This document shows positions 39,700 to 52,989 of a stretch of 64,000 bases of DNA, one piece after another. A program made the translations under genes and the position numbers. The stretch is from assembly GCA_020137815.1 (NCBI GenBank), contig CM035357.1:2728001-2792000 (forward strand), in the 5' to 3' direction. Origin of the DNA: Hormiphora californensis. Its lineage: Eukaryota; Animalia; Ctenophora. The stretch's first letter is position 1. Each line of letters starts with the position of its first letter. The notes under the pieces are model-generated. The model ran no database searches. It was given only the letters and a program-made list of their open reading frames with translations, and had not been told where the DNA came from.

Positions 39700-42600
39700 G
39701 AGAGAGAAAGAGAGAGTGAGAGAGAGCGAGAGAGAAGAATACTAGAATCACGTACTGTATTTGGATGAAATCTTGTAGATATTTCCCAGGAACCCCAGCA
39801 GTAAATCCCCACTTTGGTTCAGGAAGCACACCGTGGTGAGGGTGTGATTCAGAATTATCTCTCGAGTTGGAACTAGGGATGAAGTCCAGATCCGGAGTAC
39901 CCCATCCCCTCCACTGCTTACCACTATACCTTGCTCTGGGCACCTGCAGGGGATGAGCAGTGTGAATACAGAGAGATTATAGAGAAAATGAATACTGCCC
40001 ATCACTACAAAAAGGGGTTTGGGGATGGTGAGATTGGAGGGAAAAGCCTAGAAAAGGGAGACAGAGAGGGAGACAGAGGAACTAGGAAAAAAGAATAGCG
40101 AGAGGAACTAGAAAAAGGGAGAGAGTGAAAGAGAGAAAGAAAGTAGCAAAAAAATGGAGAGAGAGAAAGAAATTAGAAAAAAGGGAGAGAATGAAAGAGA
40201 GAAAGAAATTAGCATGATTAGGAAAAAAGGAGAGTGAAAGAAGCAAGAAAAAGCGAGAGAAAAACTAGAAAAAGGGAGAGAATGAAAGAGAGAAAGAAAT
40301 TGTCAAAAAGTGAAAGGGAGGGAGTGTTAAAATAGAAGGGAAGAGAATTCCCTGACAGTAGGGGATCACGTATCCTTATCTTTGCTTGTTCTTTGTTCTC
40401 TATGTTGTGTTTTGTCCCATCTCTTTTTTGCCTGCTACATAGTTTGATTTTATTGTGGTCCTGGCTAAACAGCACACCCTACCAATTTTGGAACTGTCAG
40501 AGCATCATTCTCCCCTTTAACCCACGTATGGGCCGGATTCAACACCCGTATTGGACTCATTGTGCCCTTCTTCCTGGAGGACCTTCCTGCAGTACAAGCT
40601 TCTGTCAAGAAGGCGATGAACAGTAACGGATATGAACAGCTGCTGAGGACTTAAATCATCCCCTTCATCGAGGACTGGTGTACCAACAATGGAGTCCTTA
40701 TCACTGACTTGCCACACAACTCTGGTGAACAGGAACTTTCTTACCTCAAAATTCTCTGGCCAGGTCATCACCCTTATCCCCCGTCGGAGTGCTACCGGAG
40801 AATACCCCCACGATCCTGTGACTTGACCCCAATGGACTTTTGGTAGACGTTGCCACGGAACATCAACACACAAATTAATTTGACTTTCCTTCTCTTCGAC
40901 CTCTACGGTATCATCCCCAATCAATATATCTGTTGCAGTGCACCAAACAGTTAGGGATTTAGAAGATATACAATCTGATAATGTTTTTTGTTCAACAAAG
41001 AGGATTTATTAAGGCTACTAAACAACACCACTCAGAGTAGGCCACTCCCACGCCCCGTGAAAGTGTTCAGTAGTGACGATGGTGTAACAGCCGCGATGCA
41101 TTATCGGAAATTCATTTCCTCCTCGACTCTGGACGAACTAAAAACAATAGTACCCCAAGTGTTTGCGGCAAGTCCCAGAAACCCCACCTCCTATAAGTGG
41201 CTCTTCAGGATCCTGAATAGAACACCAATGACGCATTGCACGCAAAGTAGCAGCCACGAGGGTTACTTGTGCCAAGGATATCACGGTTAAACTTCCCCTG
41301 TTAGAGGATGTAGCTCCGGACGCATTATCCCTCCTTGGAGACATCACAACTTCGAAGAACAAACGTGTTATCGTCCCGATTATGTCTTCCCGAAATATAA
41401 TCTCCGAGTCGTCTGCAGTCCCAAATAAACACTATCTCATTGTATCAGAACTATGCGACTCAAAAACAGCCGATTGGTTAACTTATTGATTCAGTTAAAC
41501 GTGTTATCGGACTTTCTTCTCAGTCCAATATCGAGGTTATGAACAGGAGGCACAGCCATCTCTACATCGATGGAACCTTCCGCATCGCACCTAAACACTT
41601 TCTCCAACTTTGGATTGTACGGGTCGACATCCTAGATAGGGCACCTCAAAAGGGGAAGTAACATCGACCAACATGTTTTCCTACAAATGCCGATTTTGTG
41701 ACCATTTATAGACTGCCTTTATCCGGAATATAACCTGCCCGCCCTCCACCCGCTCAGAGAAGCACCCCTATAACACTTACAACCTGAGAGCTAGTCATGT
41801 GAGCTGGATTGAACCGTTAAGGTGCGGATACCATCGAAATCACTTACAATCCTCTGGAGCTTGATGTACCTGCGGCAGCAGCCTTCCACTACGAGGACAT
41901 CTCAGACGAGGAAGAACCACCATCTCCGCCGAGGATCCCTAGTCCTGCCGTGCTGAATAACCTCCAGAATCCTCGGCCACCCTGTCCCCTCCACAGATTT
42001 GCACCAACACAGGGACTACATCTCGGGTTACTGGATCAACTGTCACACGTCAACCAGGCCAATGTACGGGTGCTGACGGAGAAGCTGAAAACTGAGGGTG
42101 GGCAGCTTGGACGAGTTTTGGAACCTTGTTATCTCTCAGCTGGACCGGGTGAAGAATGTTATGGCGGAGAACAGAGGATTCATGATCAATTCGTTGAAGA
42201 AACGAAGGGCACCCCGGTGGCAGATACACGCCCACAAGTTCTTCGTGTTCCGGAGGGTCGTGTTATGGAGAGAGGCATTGTCCATGAGAGGAGCGATGTC
42301 ATAGCGTTTGATGCGGCTGATCCAGCATATAATGGTTCAACGGCATATTGAGTTGGCCAACCTATAGTTGGTGAAAAATCTACGAGGAGCGACCACAGTA
42401 GGGTGCCACGACCCAGAGATACCTACGTACCATCCTGCCCAGCGATCGAACCAGTCGCTCCCAACTATCGGCTCACCCTAAGACGAGATTTCTGTCTTCC
42501 CACCGTGTCCTCCAAGTTCCTGCCAATCTGCCCAGGAGCGTTCTCGCCCTGACGGTATCCAACCGATGGTTTGGTGATCGGCTTATGTCCACCTATGATT

Positions 42601-45600
42601 CTACCATGGATGCTCACCTACGTTGGTGAGATTAGAGGAGTCCGCGGGGAAACGTCAAGACGGCCATCCAGCGCCATGAGGAGGAGATCAGCAGATCGTT
42701 GAAGGAGGTCCGGAGGCGTACCAAGAACGTAACCAAGGATTACTTGGCGAGTCCAGAGGCACGCGGAGATCCAGCTGCTAAGTCTGTGGTGGTATCAGCC
42801 GTGGTACACTATGTGGTGTTCCGGTTCAGCACGTGGCTGAGAGCAGTAATAAGAGCACTACTACGCACTGACGACACCAGGGAAGAACGTGTGGATGGAA
42901 CGTGTGGCTGGTTGACCGGTGTTAGGTGACACTCGGTATGCAGGCCTAGGAGTACAAATAGTAGGAATTTAAACTGTCATTACCCAAAATCGCTATATCC
43001 TTGCAATCTGTCACCGAGATGTCACAATTTGTCAATCTCCCAATTACCCGACCTCACGAGGAGGACGCCTCCGATTCAGGACTGTCTGATGATTCTAACC
43101 AGTCCGCCCGAGTTACCCGGAAGACGATGAGGTCCCGTTCTCCCATCCGCTGCTCTTCCACAGTTCCTGCCAATGAGAGGAGCGATGTCTCGCCCTCTGA
43201 TGCGGTTCATCCAACCGATGGTGCGGCAACACGATGAGTTGGTGAATCTGGCCTATAATGGGTACCTATATTGGTACCCTGCCGCGACTGCTCGTCTTTC
43301 TACGTTGGCCAGACCAAGCGTCAAGTGAAAACCCACATCAAGGAGCACGAGTCTAACTTCTACAACAACTCTCTCTACAATACCGATGGGAAGATGAAAT
43401 CTGCTCCAGCCATCCACACTAGGGAAACTGGACACACTATACTATGGACTGGAATTCTACATCTATCCTCTCCTCTTCTTCTTCCTGCCTCAGTCTAAAC
43501 CTACTGGAACAAGCGGCTATTCACACTCTTCAACCGGCGATCAACCGAACCGATAAAGTTACTACTGTCAACGTTCAATGGACTCACCTTCTCCCTAGGA
43601 TTGCCAATTCCTTCAAACCCCGACCTGCTGGCATCTCCATCAAACAGGAGAGATGATACCCCCGGATACAAGCTACATGCGCTGCGGAGTGCAGACATAC
43701 GGGGCTGTTTATTCCACTGGAAGCAAGCCGTTCGGAGAAACCTCATGAAGCTCCCGGACTACCCCTCCGACCCTGTGCTGAAGCTGGAGCTGGAAACCCT
43801 GTTCGGACTTGCGTTCGTTCCTGTTGACGACGTGGTGGACTCCTGGAACTATCTGAAACACAACCTCTCACCATCTAGAGCGGCTGCGGCGGGAACCTTC
43901 CTGGACTACTTTGAAGCCACTTGGATCCTCTCACCTGTCTACCCGATTGGGATGTGGAACATGTTCCAGACAGTCCTGGACGGAGGTCCCCGAACCGACA
44001 ACCACTCGGAGGGAAACAACAACGCTCTGAACCGTTTCAATGGATGCAGCAACCCTTCTGGTGCACTCCTGACTGATGCTCTGACTCAGTTTAATCAACA
44101 GGCCGAACTTCACATCGAGCACTGTCTCACTGGAAACGTACCTGCTGCTAAGAGGAGGAAGAAGACAGCCAGTTAGTCACCGCCCCCTACTTCCTCGATT
44201 TCATCCTTCGGACAGATGAGGCTAACATCTATCTCGACGGATCACGGATCCGTCTGTAGGAGCACCAACATATTCTGGGGAGCAACTCTACTTACAGGAC
44301 ACACCTGTATGAAGTCCAATTACTCCCAAAAGCTCGTCATGTGGACTGGATTGAGCTCTGTCCTAGACTTGATAGGCCCCTTCTTCATACACGAGGCCGC
44401 TGGTAACTCCGCTACAATGAACACTTCTCAATACGAGGACATGCTACAGACACTGGTGTTCCCCCTGATTGACGCCTACCGGATCCGGTTTCCTCCACTA
44501 TGGAGGGAGCAAGACGGAGCAACGGCCCATACCTCCAATGACGTGCAGTAGCTCCTGGTGGCGAAGTTTCCTAATAGGACCATGAGCAAGGGGGCAGGCT
44601 ACAGAGGATCATCATACACCTACTCCTGGCCTGCACGATCTCCGGACCTCACTGTTCCTGACAACAATGAACTCTGCCCGATACGAGAACATGCTACAGA
44701 CACTGGTGTTCCCCCTGATTGACGCCTACCGAACCCAGTAACCTAATCATCCTCCACTGTGGTGGCAGCAGGACGGAGCAACTACCTACGCCTCTCTAGC
44801 AGTGCAGCAGACCCTGGTGGCGAAATTCCCGAACAGAACCATTGGCATGGGGACCAGCAACTGTGGTGCATCCAGCATCCTACTCCCACTCCTGGCTAGA
44901 CAGATCCCCTGACCTAACTGTACTGGACTTCTTCTTCTGGGGATGGCTGAAGCAGAATGTTGCCCGGGACGGACCCTACCCCGACCTCGCCACTCTGCAC
45001 ACAAAGGTAGTTGCTGTGAGTGCTACTCTCAATCCCAGGGCCACCATGAAGGCATGTGTCACCAGACTGATTGACAAGGACACAAACTACAGCTAGGGAA
45101 CATCGTACAGTAATTTCTCCAGAATCAGACCTGTTACCGAGTTATTTATTGTGGAACCAGATATAACACAAGGCGGCAGTTCCATACCTATTACCTACCA
45201 TACCCGAAAGTCACTGACCTGAAGAAACATTGTACTAAAGAGCTGCTACCGAAAACATCTCCGTGAATTGGCTAAGAAATGATAAGTTTTACCTCTTTAT
45301 CGAAATTGAATTGAAAGTGGCGTTCTCGCACGCAGTGGGCTTATCGGTACATGTTAAAGAACACTGTTCTTCCTGTTCTTGAGGACTTCTAGACCGGCGA
45401 CCGCCAACCCTCATCTAGCTCATCTACGACCCTTGTTTTTCTGACAGCAAGATGGCGCTCCTTGTCAGTCAGGTGAGAGGGTGGTTCTGTCTTTCCGAAG
45501 AGTATCCAAACTCAACAATGCCTTCTTCTTCTACTACCTCATCTCCCTGCAACGACTGCGTTTCTGTCAAAGACCAATGGTTTCCTGGCGGCCTGTTTGT

Positions 45601-48600
45601 CAAGGAAGGGATCCAGCATTGTATCTACCACGCCGTGACGAAAAACTCCGGAGGAATTATTGACGGCATCACAGATTTTCGAGGAAGTCCAAGCACGATG
45701 CTCTTCGGCGAGGAGGAACCGATCTCAGCAGTCGCCGGACCCGACTCCGCCAACTTTACCCCAAACTCCTGTACCTACCCTACAGAATGATTCTGACAGA
45801 ACCACAAACCGTTTCAAATCACTGATTTGAAATCAGGGAACTACTCGAAACAAAGTTCGTGACTAACATCATTGTAAAGTTCAACGCCAGGGCCTGGCCC
45901 AGGCAGCGAAATCAACCGATAGCACTCTACCTATACCCAGCCTTACCCATACCCGGCCTTACTCGAGCTCCACCTCCTCCTGGCAGAGGAAGACGACCAG
46001 GACAGTACCCTGTACCCGCCCTTTTACCGGATTACCCAGCTCGCAGTCCTTGTGATTATTCATTGGGGGAAGTTTTCAAGGAGCACGTCTTCTCACCAGG
46101 AAGTATGCCAAGTATCCCAGCCCTCATCACAAGGATTGAAGCAAGTTCTTCCTTTTCACAAAGCTACTGTACGAACTGCTGTAGGAACCTCAAAAAGAGG
46201 ATCGATTGCTGCAAGCAGCATTCTGGTGGCATTTTGTACTAAAGAGCTGCTACCGATAATATCTGTGAGTGAACTCTGTCTAAGAAAGGACGAGTTTGAC
46301 CTCTTTATCGAAATTGAATTGATAGCAGCGTTCTCCCACACAGACTCACCCGTCAAGTGTTGTTATCTCGAAAGGGTAGTTTGGATCCTGTCTCCTCTCC
46401 ACCATTACCTTTCTATCAACAGATCCTGCAGGGAATTATACATGGATATAACAAAACTTTTAATGGTGGAAATAGTAATGTGCCGTTCCTGATGTATGGT
46501 TGCTATGGTATGGTTGCTATGGTGACTCGGTATAGTGAGTCAACATAGCAACGGAGCTGACGCACCCAAGACGATGCTACGAGGGAACTGCATGATCTGA
46601 ATTGATCGGCAAAAGCTTTACCTTGATTGAAGATGATTCGTTGGGATAACATCAGCGTCTCACTACTACTAACAAGGGTGCTCTCGAGAAGAGTGAAAAC
46701 TGTTCCCGCTGGTCCGATAACAACCTGACGAGAAAAGGTTCTTTTGTTCAAAGGAGAAGGGCGAGATACTTGGAGTAGCTGTACCAAAGAAACAGATCTA
46801 ACGAATGGATCCCTCTTACCCGTCCGAGGTTGGTGAGGTAGGGCAGGGACAGGAATGTTAGTGACGTCACGTGTGACAGGGTCGTTACCATCAACTTATC
46901 AGGGAGCTCCGTTATCGAACAAATCTGACAACTTGGTAGAAACAAACTTCAGACAAACGAGACAGGAACGAGTAAAGAGAGGTCAGATGGTTTATTTTAT
47001 GAAGGAGCACATGTTTCAGGGTGTGTTATATTTACCGGGTCCCGGTGAATGGCGGCCGAGTAATATTTTAGTCCTTTTACAATAGGATCCACAAAGACCA
47101 GTCGACCATCCTAAAAGATCATTAGTTTAAAATTGAAATGAAATTAAATTAGGCTGAAAACCCTCTCGGAACCTCAAGATTGATTAATTCTAGCGCATAC
47201 CACCTGATTCGGTTGTTATCGAAGACACCTCGCGGCCTTCGTTTGGCGTGCTTCGCGCGCCGGCAAGGGAGGGGTAACTTCGTTACCAACTGATTCGACC
47301 GGTACCCAATAAGATGGTAACCATGGTAACAACATACCTGTAAAGCCAGTATGAGGAGGTTAACACTAGTGGGTGTTACCGCACCCTCCTCACTCTCCAC
47401 TGTGATGTGACTGTGTAACACGGAGAGACACTGTATTGAACCCGTTACCCCCAGTGCCCCGGATATATCCTCAGTGGATTGGAGCATCAGTTTTAGTATT
47501 TCATCTTCCCAGACATCTACACGTGATGCAGGATCCGTTCTAGAGATGATATTGGTGATATTCTGTTAGTTCTAGTTATAGATTTGGGGTAGGGGCCACG
47601 GGGTCCTTAAATTTAGGTATACCCGGCCCCCTTCAATTTTTGTCGAAGTGTTGTAGCTGATACTGTAGTTCCACCGGTTCAAAGTAAAACAATCAATTTA
47701 GTTCCTTACCGTGTGGTGTAAACCCAAATACTCAGATTGTTGATTAGGAGAAACAGAAGGCCATAATACCGGCTATATCCAACATCAAGTACCTGGCAAA
47801 TGGGGTTTTGGTAACCAAGGTAACCATTCTATCACGTAACCATGGTAACCATGGTAACTTACTCAATGACGTCACTCACTTTATTCAGAGGGCTAATTTG
47901 AGGTGGCGGTAGAATTGTAGAGATACTTTTACCACTCAGTGCAGATACCACCCTTACTGAACTATCATCTCCTATGGCTAACATCCTAGGTGCCTTCCGC
48001 TCCTCGCTCTCTCCAATTGCCGCCAGTTTGTGCACTGGAACACGTGTCTGGAGAGTACAGGATGTTAGACGTTGTTCAATTAATAATGTTAATTCTTAAC
48101 ACAGTAGCTATCACGTGAGGAGCTAGTTGGGATGATAGTGATTTGGGGCAGTTCCACTGCTTGTCAAAGTGTATAACCTAAATTTGAGCTTGATAGAGTG
48201 GTATGCTTCAATCTCTGATTATCGATGTTCATGGAGTTGCATATCTGAGTTGTGATTAAATTTTGGGAGTTTATAATTGAGCGTGCGGCATTTGACGTGC
48301 ATTCAACGAACATATTTAGTTGCTCATGTTAGCAGTAAGGAATTTAGTACACTTAGCTGCTCCTAGGGATAAGTTGCTTAGAGTAGGGGATTAGAGATAG
48401 TAGGGGAGGGAGAGGAGTAGACGAGGAGAGAGAGACAGGCGAGAGCTAGAGAGAGACGAGAGAGAAGATGACGAGAGAGATGAGAGAGAAGCGAAGTAGC
48501 CGGATCCTTGATGAAAGGGAAGACCCGAGATCGCTATTCCAAACCCGATGCAGACGCGAGCGGCCGAGAGACATAACCCCTAGAACTCTCTCTTCCTATA

Positions 48601-48673
48601 TCTCATAGCATCGCTCTATCTCTCAGTCTACTCTCCTATCTCTCTCTCATCTATCATCCTCTCTCTACCCCCT

Positions 48674-48729
<56 letters not shown>

Positions 48730-51700
48730 TCTCTCCCTCTCTCTCTCCCAACAAGCACTGCACTTGAGTGGTCGGCCATGGTCGACATGATCCCCACATT
48801 GAATACACACCAACAGACTGACAATGATACAGCCAAGAGTTGACATGTTATACTGTCGTTATGTAACAGAGACCGGGTTTGAACACTGAATAGAGTCAAG
48901 TTGGAAACAACTTTCAAACAATTAACTAATGCGAAACTACCAAGGTCCAAAGATCGGCCTGAGCTTCGAATTAGAAGTCCCAGAGTAGCGATCGTTTCCG
49001 GGCCGGGTATGTGTCAAATGTTAGTTCTCTTACTTACCTGACAAAAGAACTGAACTAGAGTGTTGATGGACCAAACTGTTAGATCCCGGGCTGTTCCACA
49101 GTACAGGTAGTTATCACGAGTCAGACCTATCCATTGGATACCATACTCACACACTTGCAGCCTGAATGGGATGGGGGTGGGTCGAGGGAACTAAAGTATT
49201 AAACTTTTAAAGAAGGGTTGTTAAGGGTGGGTTGTTGAGGGCACTTAACTAATCCAGTGGAGCAACACTGGTAAGTGGCAAAAGAAGGGGTGCGTGTCAA
49301 GCAACTAGCGGGGCCATTCACTATTACCACGTGGTGTGTACCTGTATATTTCCTCGCATGTAAGAAGGTTCCATAACCTGACGCTCTTATCTAGGCTGGC
49401 ACTTAGCAGAATGATATCAGACATTGGGTGCATTAGAACACTTGTCACCGCCTGGAGAGGATGAGGGGTGGTTGGATTTTGGGTAAAAGAGTGGTAATGC
49501 AGTAGATATAACGAAATAAACGACAGACAGACAGATAGGATGTCTGCTAGATTGAGCTGAAGGAAGTAGATCACTAATCACCTTGCTGTGAGAGGTGAAA
49601 TTGTGAAGCAGAGTCCCCTGCTCAGTCCACAGTTTCACTGTTGTATCAATACTAGCGGTTATAGTAGTACTTGAAGCGGGGCGAGTAACAACAATCTGTT
49701 AGTTGAAGTGTCGGTTCTGTGTTTAGTGTGAAAGATGTGATCTCCAGCTCGAGCTGAGGACTATAACTTCCTTTCGGGCAACACATAACAACCTAGAGGA
49801 GGGAGAGATGTAGGGGGACCGGAGGGGGGATCTATATTATGTACCAGACTACATGAATTCTTTGGTATCTGCTACGGTGCTACGGGTTGCCGGGGGGTTG
49901 CCCTCAGGAGCTACGGGTTACCAATATGATGTTCTATGTACCTATCATATTCAGCGTAGTACTGGATGCGGCTAATCCACTGTGAAACACGGAGAGGGTG
50001 GTGTTTGTGTAGGACAAAGAATTGTTCTGTGCCTGCTGCATCTCGATCACACTTGTGGTGTAGGTACCTCCACATCTACACAGGATTAGTGTTGAGTTGG
50101 GTTGGGAATATTAGCGGGGTTTTGAGTGGATTGGGGGGGGGGGGTTGTGGTGTAAGTACCTCCACATCTACACAGGATTGGTGTTGAGTTGGGTTGGTAA
50201 TATTTGTAGTGGGGGGGGGGGGGGGTTGTGGTGTAGGTACCTCCACATCTACAAAGGATTGGTGTTGAGTTGGGTTGGGAATATTAGCGGGGTTTGTAGT
50301 GGGGGGGGGGGGGGGGTGTTGTGTAAGTACCTCCACATCTACACAGGATTGGTGTTGAGTTGGGTTGGGAATATTAGCGGGGGTATTGAGTGGATTGGGG
50401 AAGATACCTCCACATCTACATTTAGTGTTTATAAACACATGGTGTTGAGTTGATGGGTTTGGAATTGATTAATTAATGTTAATACAGGATTGGAAATTAT
50501 TGTTGATAGAATGCAGTAGATTAGGGGAGTTTAGCGGGGATTGGAGTTCATTTCAGGGAGTTGATATTAGGGAATCTAGTCATGATTATGCTTACCCTCA
50601 GACCTCCTACACCCGCGGTTATCAGGACGTCTCTCTTGATGTCGTAGAACATGCACAGAATAGTACCCGCCTCTCCATTGAACACAAACGTGCACTGGAG
50701 CAGACCATTCAGCAGCTGAAACAGGAAAGAGATTCATTGCCGGGAGAGGGGGGAGTTGCCGGGAGAGGGGCGGGGGGGGGGGGGGGTTCATTGTTGAACA
50801 TCAAAAATATCATCACCATATTTTATCAATATCAGGTTCCCGTGCCGATGGGAATTTTACTGCTCGAACCCATCCCCTTAGTCGGTTTATATTTAGCACA
50901 AAATTGTTGTGGCCGCTCACGTTGGAGAAAATGCATTATAGTGATGATGTGATGGAAAGAATAGATGATTGATACGAGTTAGAATTCTCGAGAAATGCTT
51001 GGATAAAACTGTCGCTATTCTGAACATGTTTACCGCTAGTTCAAAAACATGCAAAAAGTTTTATATGCATGCCTACATGATGCACCCTCCCCCACAGAAA
51101 ACAAATAGAAAAAGATAGAAAGATAGAAAGATAGAAAGATAGCAGCTGTGTTACCTGGATCGAGTTATCTTTGGCAAGTGCAAAGTATACCCCATATTTC
51201 GGTATAAAGATGATCTGCTTCAAAAGTTGTTTCTTGTTCGAAGGGTATGTCAGTAATCGTTTCTCTGCAGGAGGTAGTAGGGATGTTACAGACCTGTCTA
51301 TCTCTCTCTCTCTCCCTGTCTATTTCTCTCTGTCCATATCTTTCTGTTGCACTATGTTTCTCTCTCTGTTTATGGACATTGGACACGCTCCGATATAATG
51401 AAGTGACATCAAGCATCGTGTGCCTAGTAAACATACACACCCAGGCCAGAATGAGAGGGGGAGAGAAAGAGAGAGTGAGAGTGAGAGAGAGAGAGAGAAA
51501 GAGAGATACATATTAGAGAGAGAAAGAAAGAAAGAGGGAGAGTGAGAGAGATACAGATTAGAGAGACGACATGCATGTTGCCAGTAACTCTTGGGGGGAC
51601 AGCGCTCAACAATCCAGATCGAACTCCGTCGCGTCCTACTGCAAGTTAAATATAGTGAGAGCATGCAGTATTGCAGTGTAGACTTCACTACTTCAGACAC

Positions 51701-52422
51701 ATGCAGAAACAAGTTTGAGAAACCGGTGACAGAGATATAGATAAAGAGAAATCTTGGACAGCGACACTTGATTGATGAGAACAGAGAGTATAGAGATATG
51801 ACGGTCTATAACAAGCACTTGTCGTGGATCTCTGATGATAAATTTCGCATGGATAGCAATCAATGGAAACCGCAAGTTATTAACGCACGCAAGAATCGGA
51901 AGAATGAAGTCGCTATAAAATACCAGCGAAATATTGGAACATGTTAACATTGATTGTAGCTCTGTTAATTGCTGGTACTCCCTACTGCAAGAGTAGTTTA
52001 GAAACAGCTCTTAGTACGATACATTGTATAATAGCCGCTCTTACTGCATAAATACCTATCAGCGTGTCCTTGTTCCAATGGGTTATCCCTGCCCCATCTA
52101 GAAGGGCAAAATCCCCGGAGAAAGGGGAGTAAGCTATACTGACAACGTCACTACTCTTACTGCTTTGTCGGTAGGACGCCCGACATTGAAAGCCGTACTG
52201 GTACACCTCGAAGTAGATATTTTATAGTTAGTTTTTAAATTTTTTCATAAGATTCTGAAGGTCCTGGGACAGTTCAGTACGGTCTCCAGGAGCATGGAGG
52301 GAGAGAAGAGGGAGTGAAGGGGGGACATCATACCCAACTAGAAGAGTTACTTTTTGGGCTCAAATTACCTTTACTCTATAGTTACTCACCAGGGTTTCAT
52401 TCTCGTTTTGTGTTGGAGTCAT
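33227..52422 (-). CDS. Large WD40-repeat protein (WDR87/WDR97-like), >25 exons, low-complexity C-terminal half
   Basis: WD exons: ITASIDTTVKLWTEQG (~49583-49695), AVTSVLMHP..LLSASLDKSVRLWNL (~49341-49451), LITAGVGGLR|MWRY (~50596/50075), VVSSGGDGVLRIW..VCFLNQSGDLLLG (~39753-39943). Many further minus-strand GT-AG exons down to ~33227. Linkage of the 3' exons into one gene and the ATG at 52422 are inferred. Confidence 0.65.
40500..40845 (+). mobile_element. Degenerate Tc1/mariner transposase fragment
   Basis: THVWAGFNTRIGLIVPFFLE...MNSNGYEQLL...PPRSCDLTPMDFW with an in-frame stop. Confidence 0.75.
41490..41640 (+). mobile_element. MULE transposase fragment (first catalytic Asp)
   Basis: HLYIDGTFRIAPKHFLQLWIV. 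Confidence 0.75.
43255..43650 (+). mobile_element. Penelope-like element GIY-YIG endonuclease fragment
   Basis: VPCRDCSSFYVGQTKRQVKTHIKEH...SAPAIHTRETGHTI / LLEQAAIH...INR, frameshifted. Confidence 0.8.
43655..44176 (+). mobile_element. MULE transposase C-terminal fragment
   Basis: IRGCLFHWKQAVRR, LAFVPVDDV, FLDYFEATWI, MWN, RTDNHSEGNNNALN. Confidence 0.85.
44200..46340 (+). mobile_element. Several degenerate Tc1/mariner transposase fragments with internal duplications
   Basis: SDEA, KLVMWTG..IGPFF, EQDGATAHTS, WPARSPDLT (44430-44660 duplicated at 44680-44930), DFFFWGWLK; a further C-terminus at 46030-46240; ~105-bp direct repeat 45230-45335 / 46234-46340. Confidence 0.8.
50053..50455. repeat. 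77-92-bp tandem repeat x5 built from an intron/exon junction, with G-runs
   Basis: ACCTCCACATCTACA at ~50066, 50158, 50239, 50329, 50406; minus strand reads TAG|ATGTGGAG-GTA. Confidence 0.9.
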
Positions 52423-52989
52423 GTAATGTGTGTCATGTGATCAGGTACATTGGAAGCTGATTAGGAACCTATAATGAGGAGGACGCGAGTGGTGACTGGT
52501 GGTTTAATTGGTTAAACTGGAGTTTAGTTCAAAGCGGCTTTGTTCAGCCCCCCTATCATACAATTATAAAAGCTGAAAACATTATAATAATAGAAGTTTC
52601 GGTTCACTGGTTCGAACATCATTTTTGTGATTGGTCGGTTCAGGAGAGAATTTGCAGACACGGTTGTCAACTCCTGAGAGAGTTTCACACACATGGCCAT
52701 GGGACGAACTGTTCAATCGACGCTATTAGTACCCGATGGATATTAGAGTTGTTGATCTATAATCTTAGTATCCGGTTTCCGCTCGCCGGGACGTCAGACG
52801 TTGATTTGGGAATCTCTCTAGTCATTTACCAAATATCCAGGTATAATCACCGTCACAGCAAAATTGTGAACTAAGAGTTGAAAAAAGCTTTTGGTAAACT
52901 TCCTCTTCGACGCTCACATAGTTCGACTGGTCACGTCAAGACATCAACATAAAAGAAATACACTTCAGCTTCTCTGAAATCAACTTGGT

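Noticed and set aside
40517-40924. Minus-strand 135-aa ORF as a host exon
   Set aside because: The + strand carries Tc1/mariner transposase motifs; the minus ORF is its shadow.
48410-48660. Scrambled GA-rich sequence as a novel repeat (also 18130-18230, 10420-10500)
   Set aside because: Looks like degenerate microsatellite or poorly polished long-read sequence.
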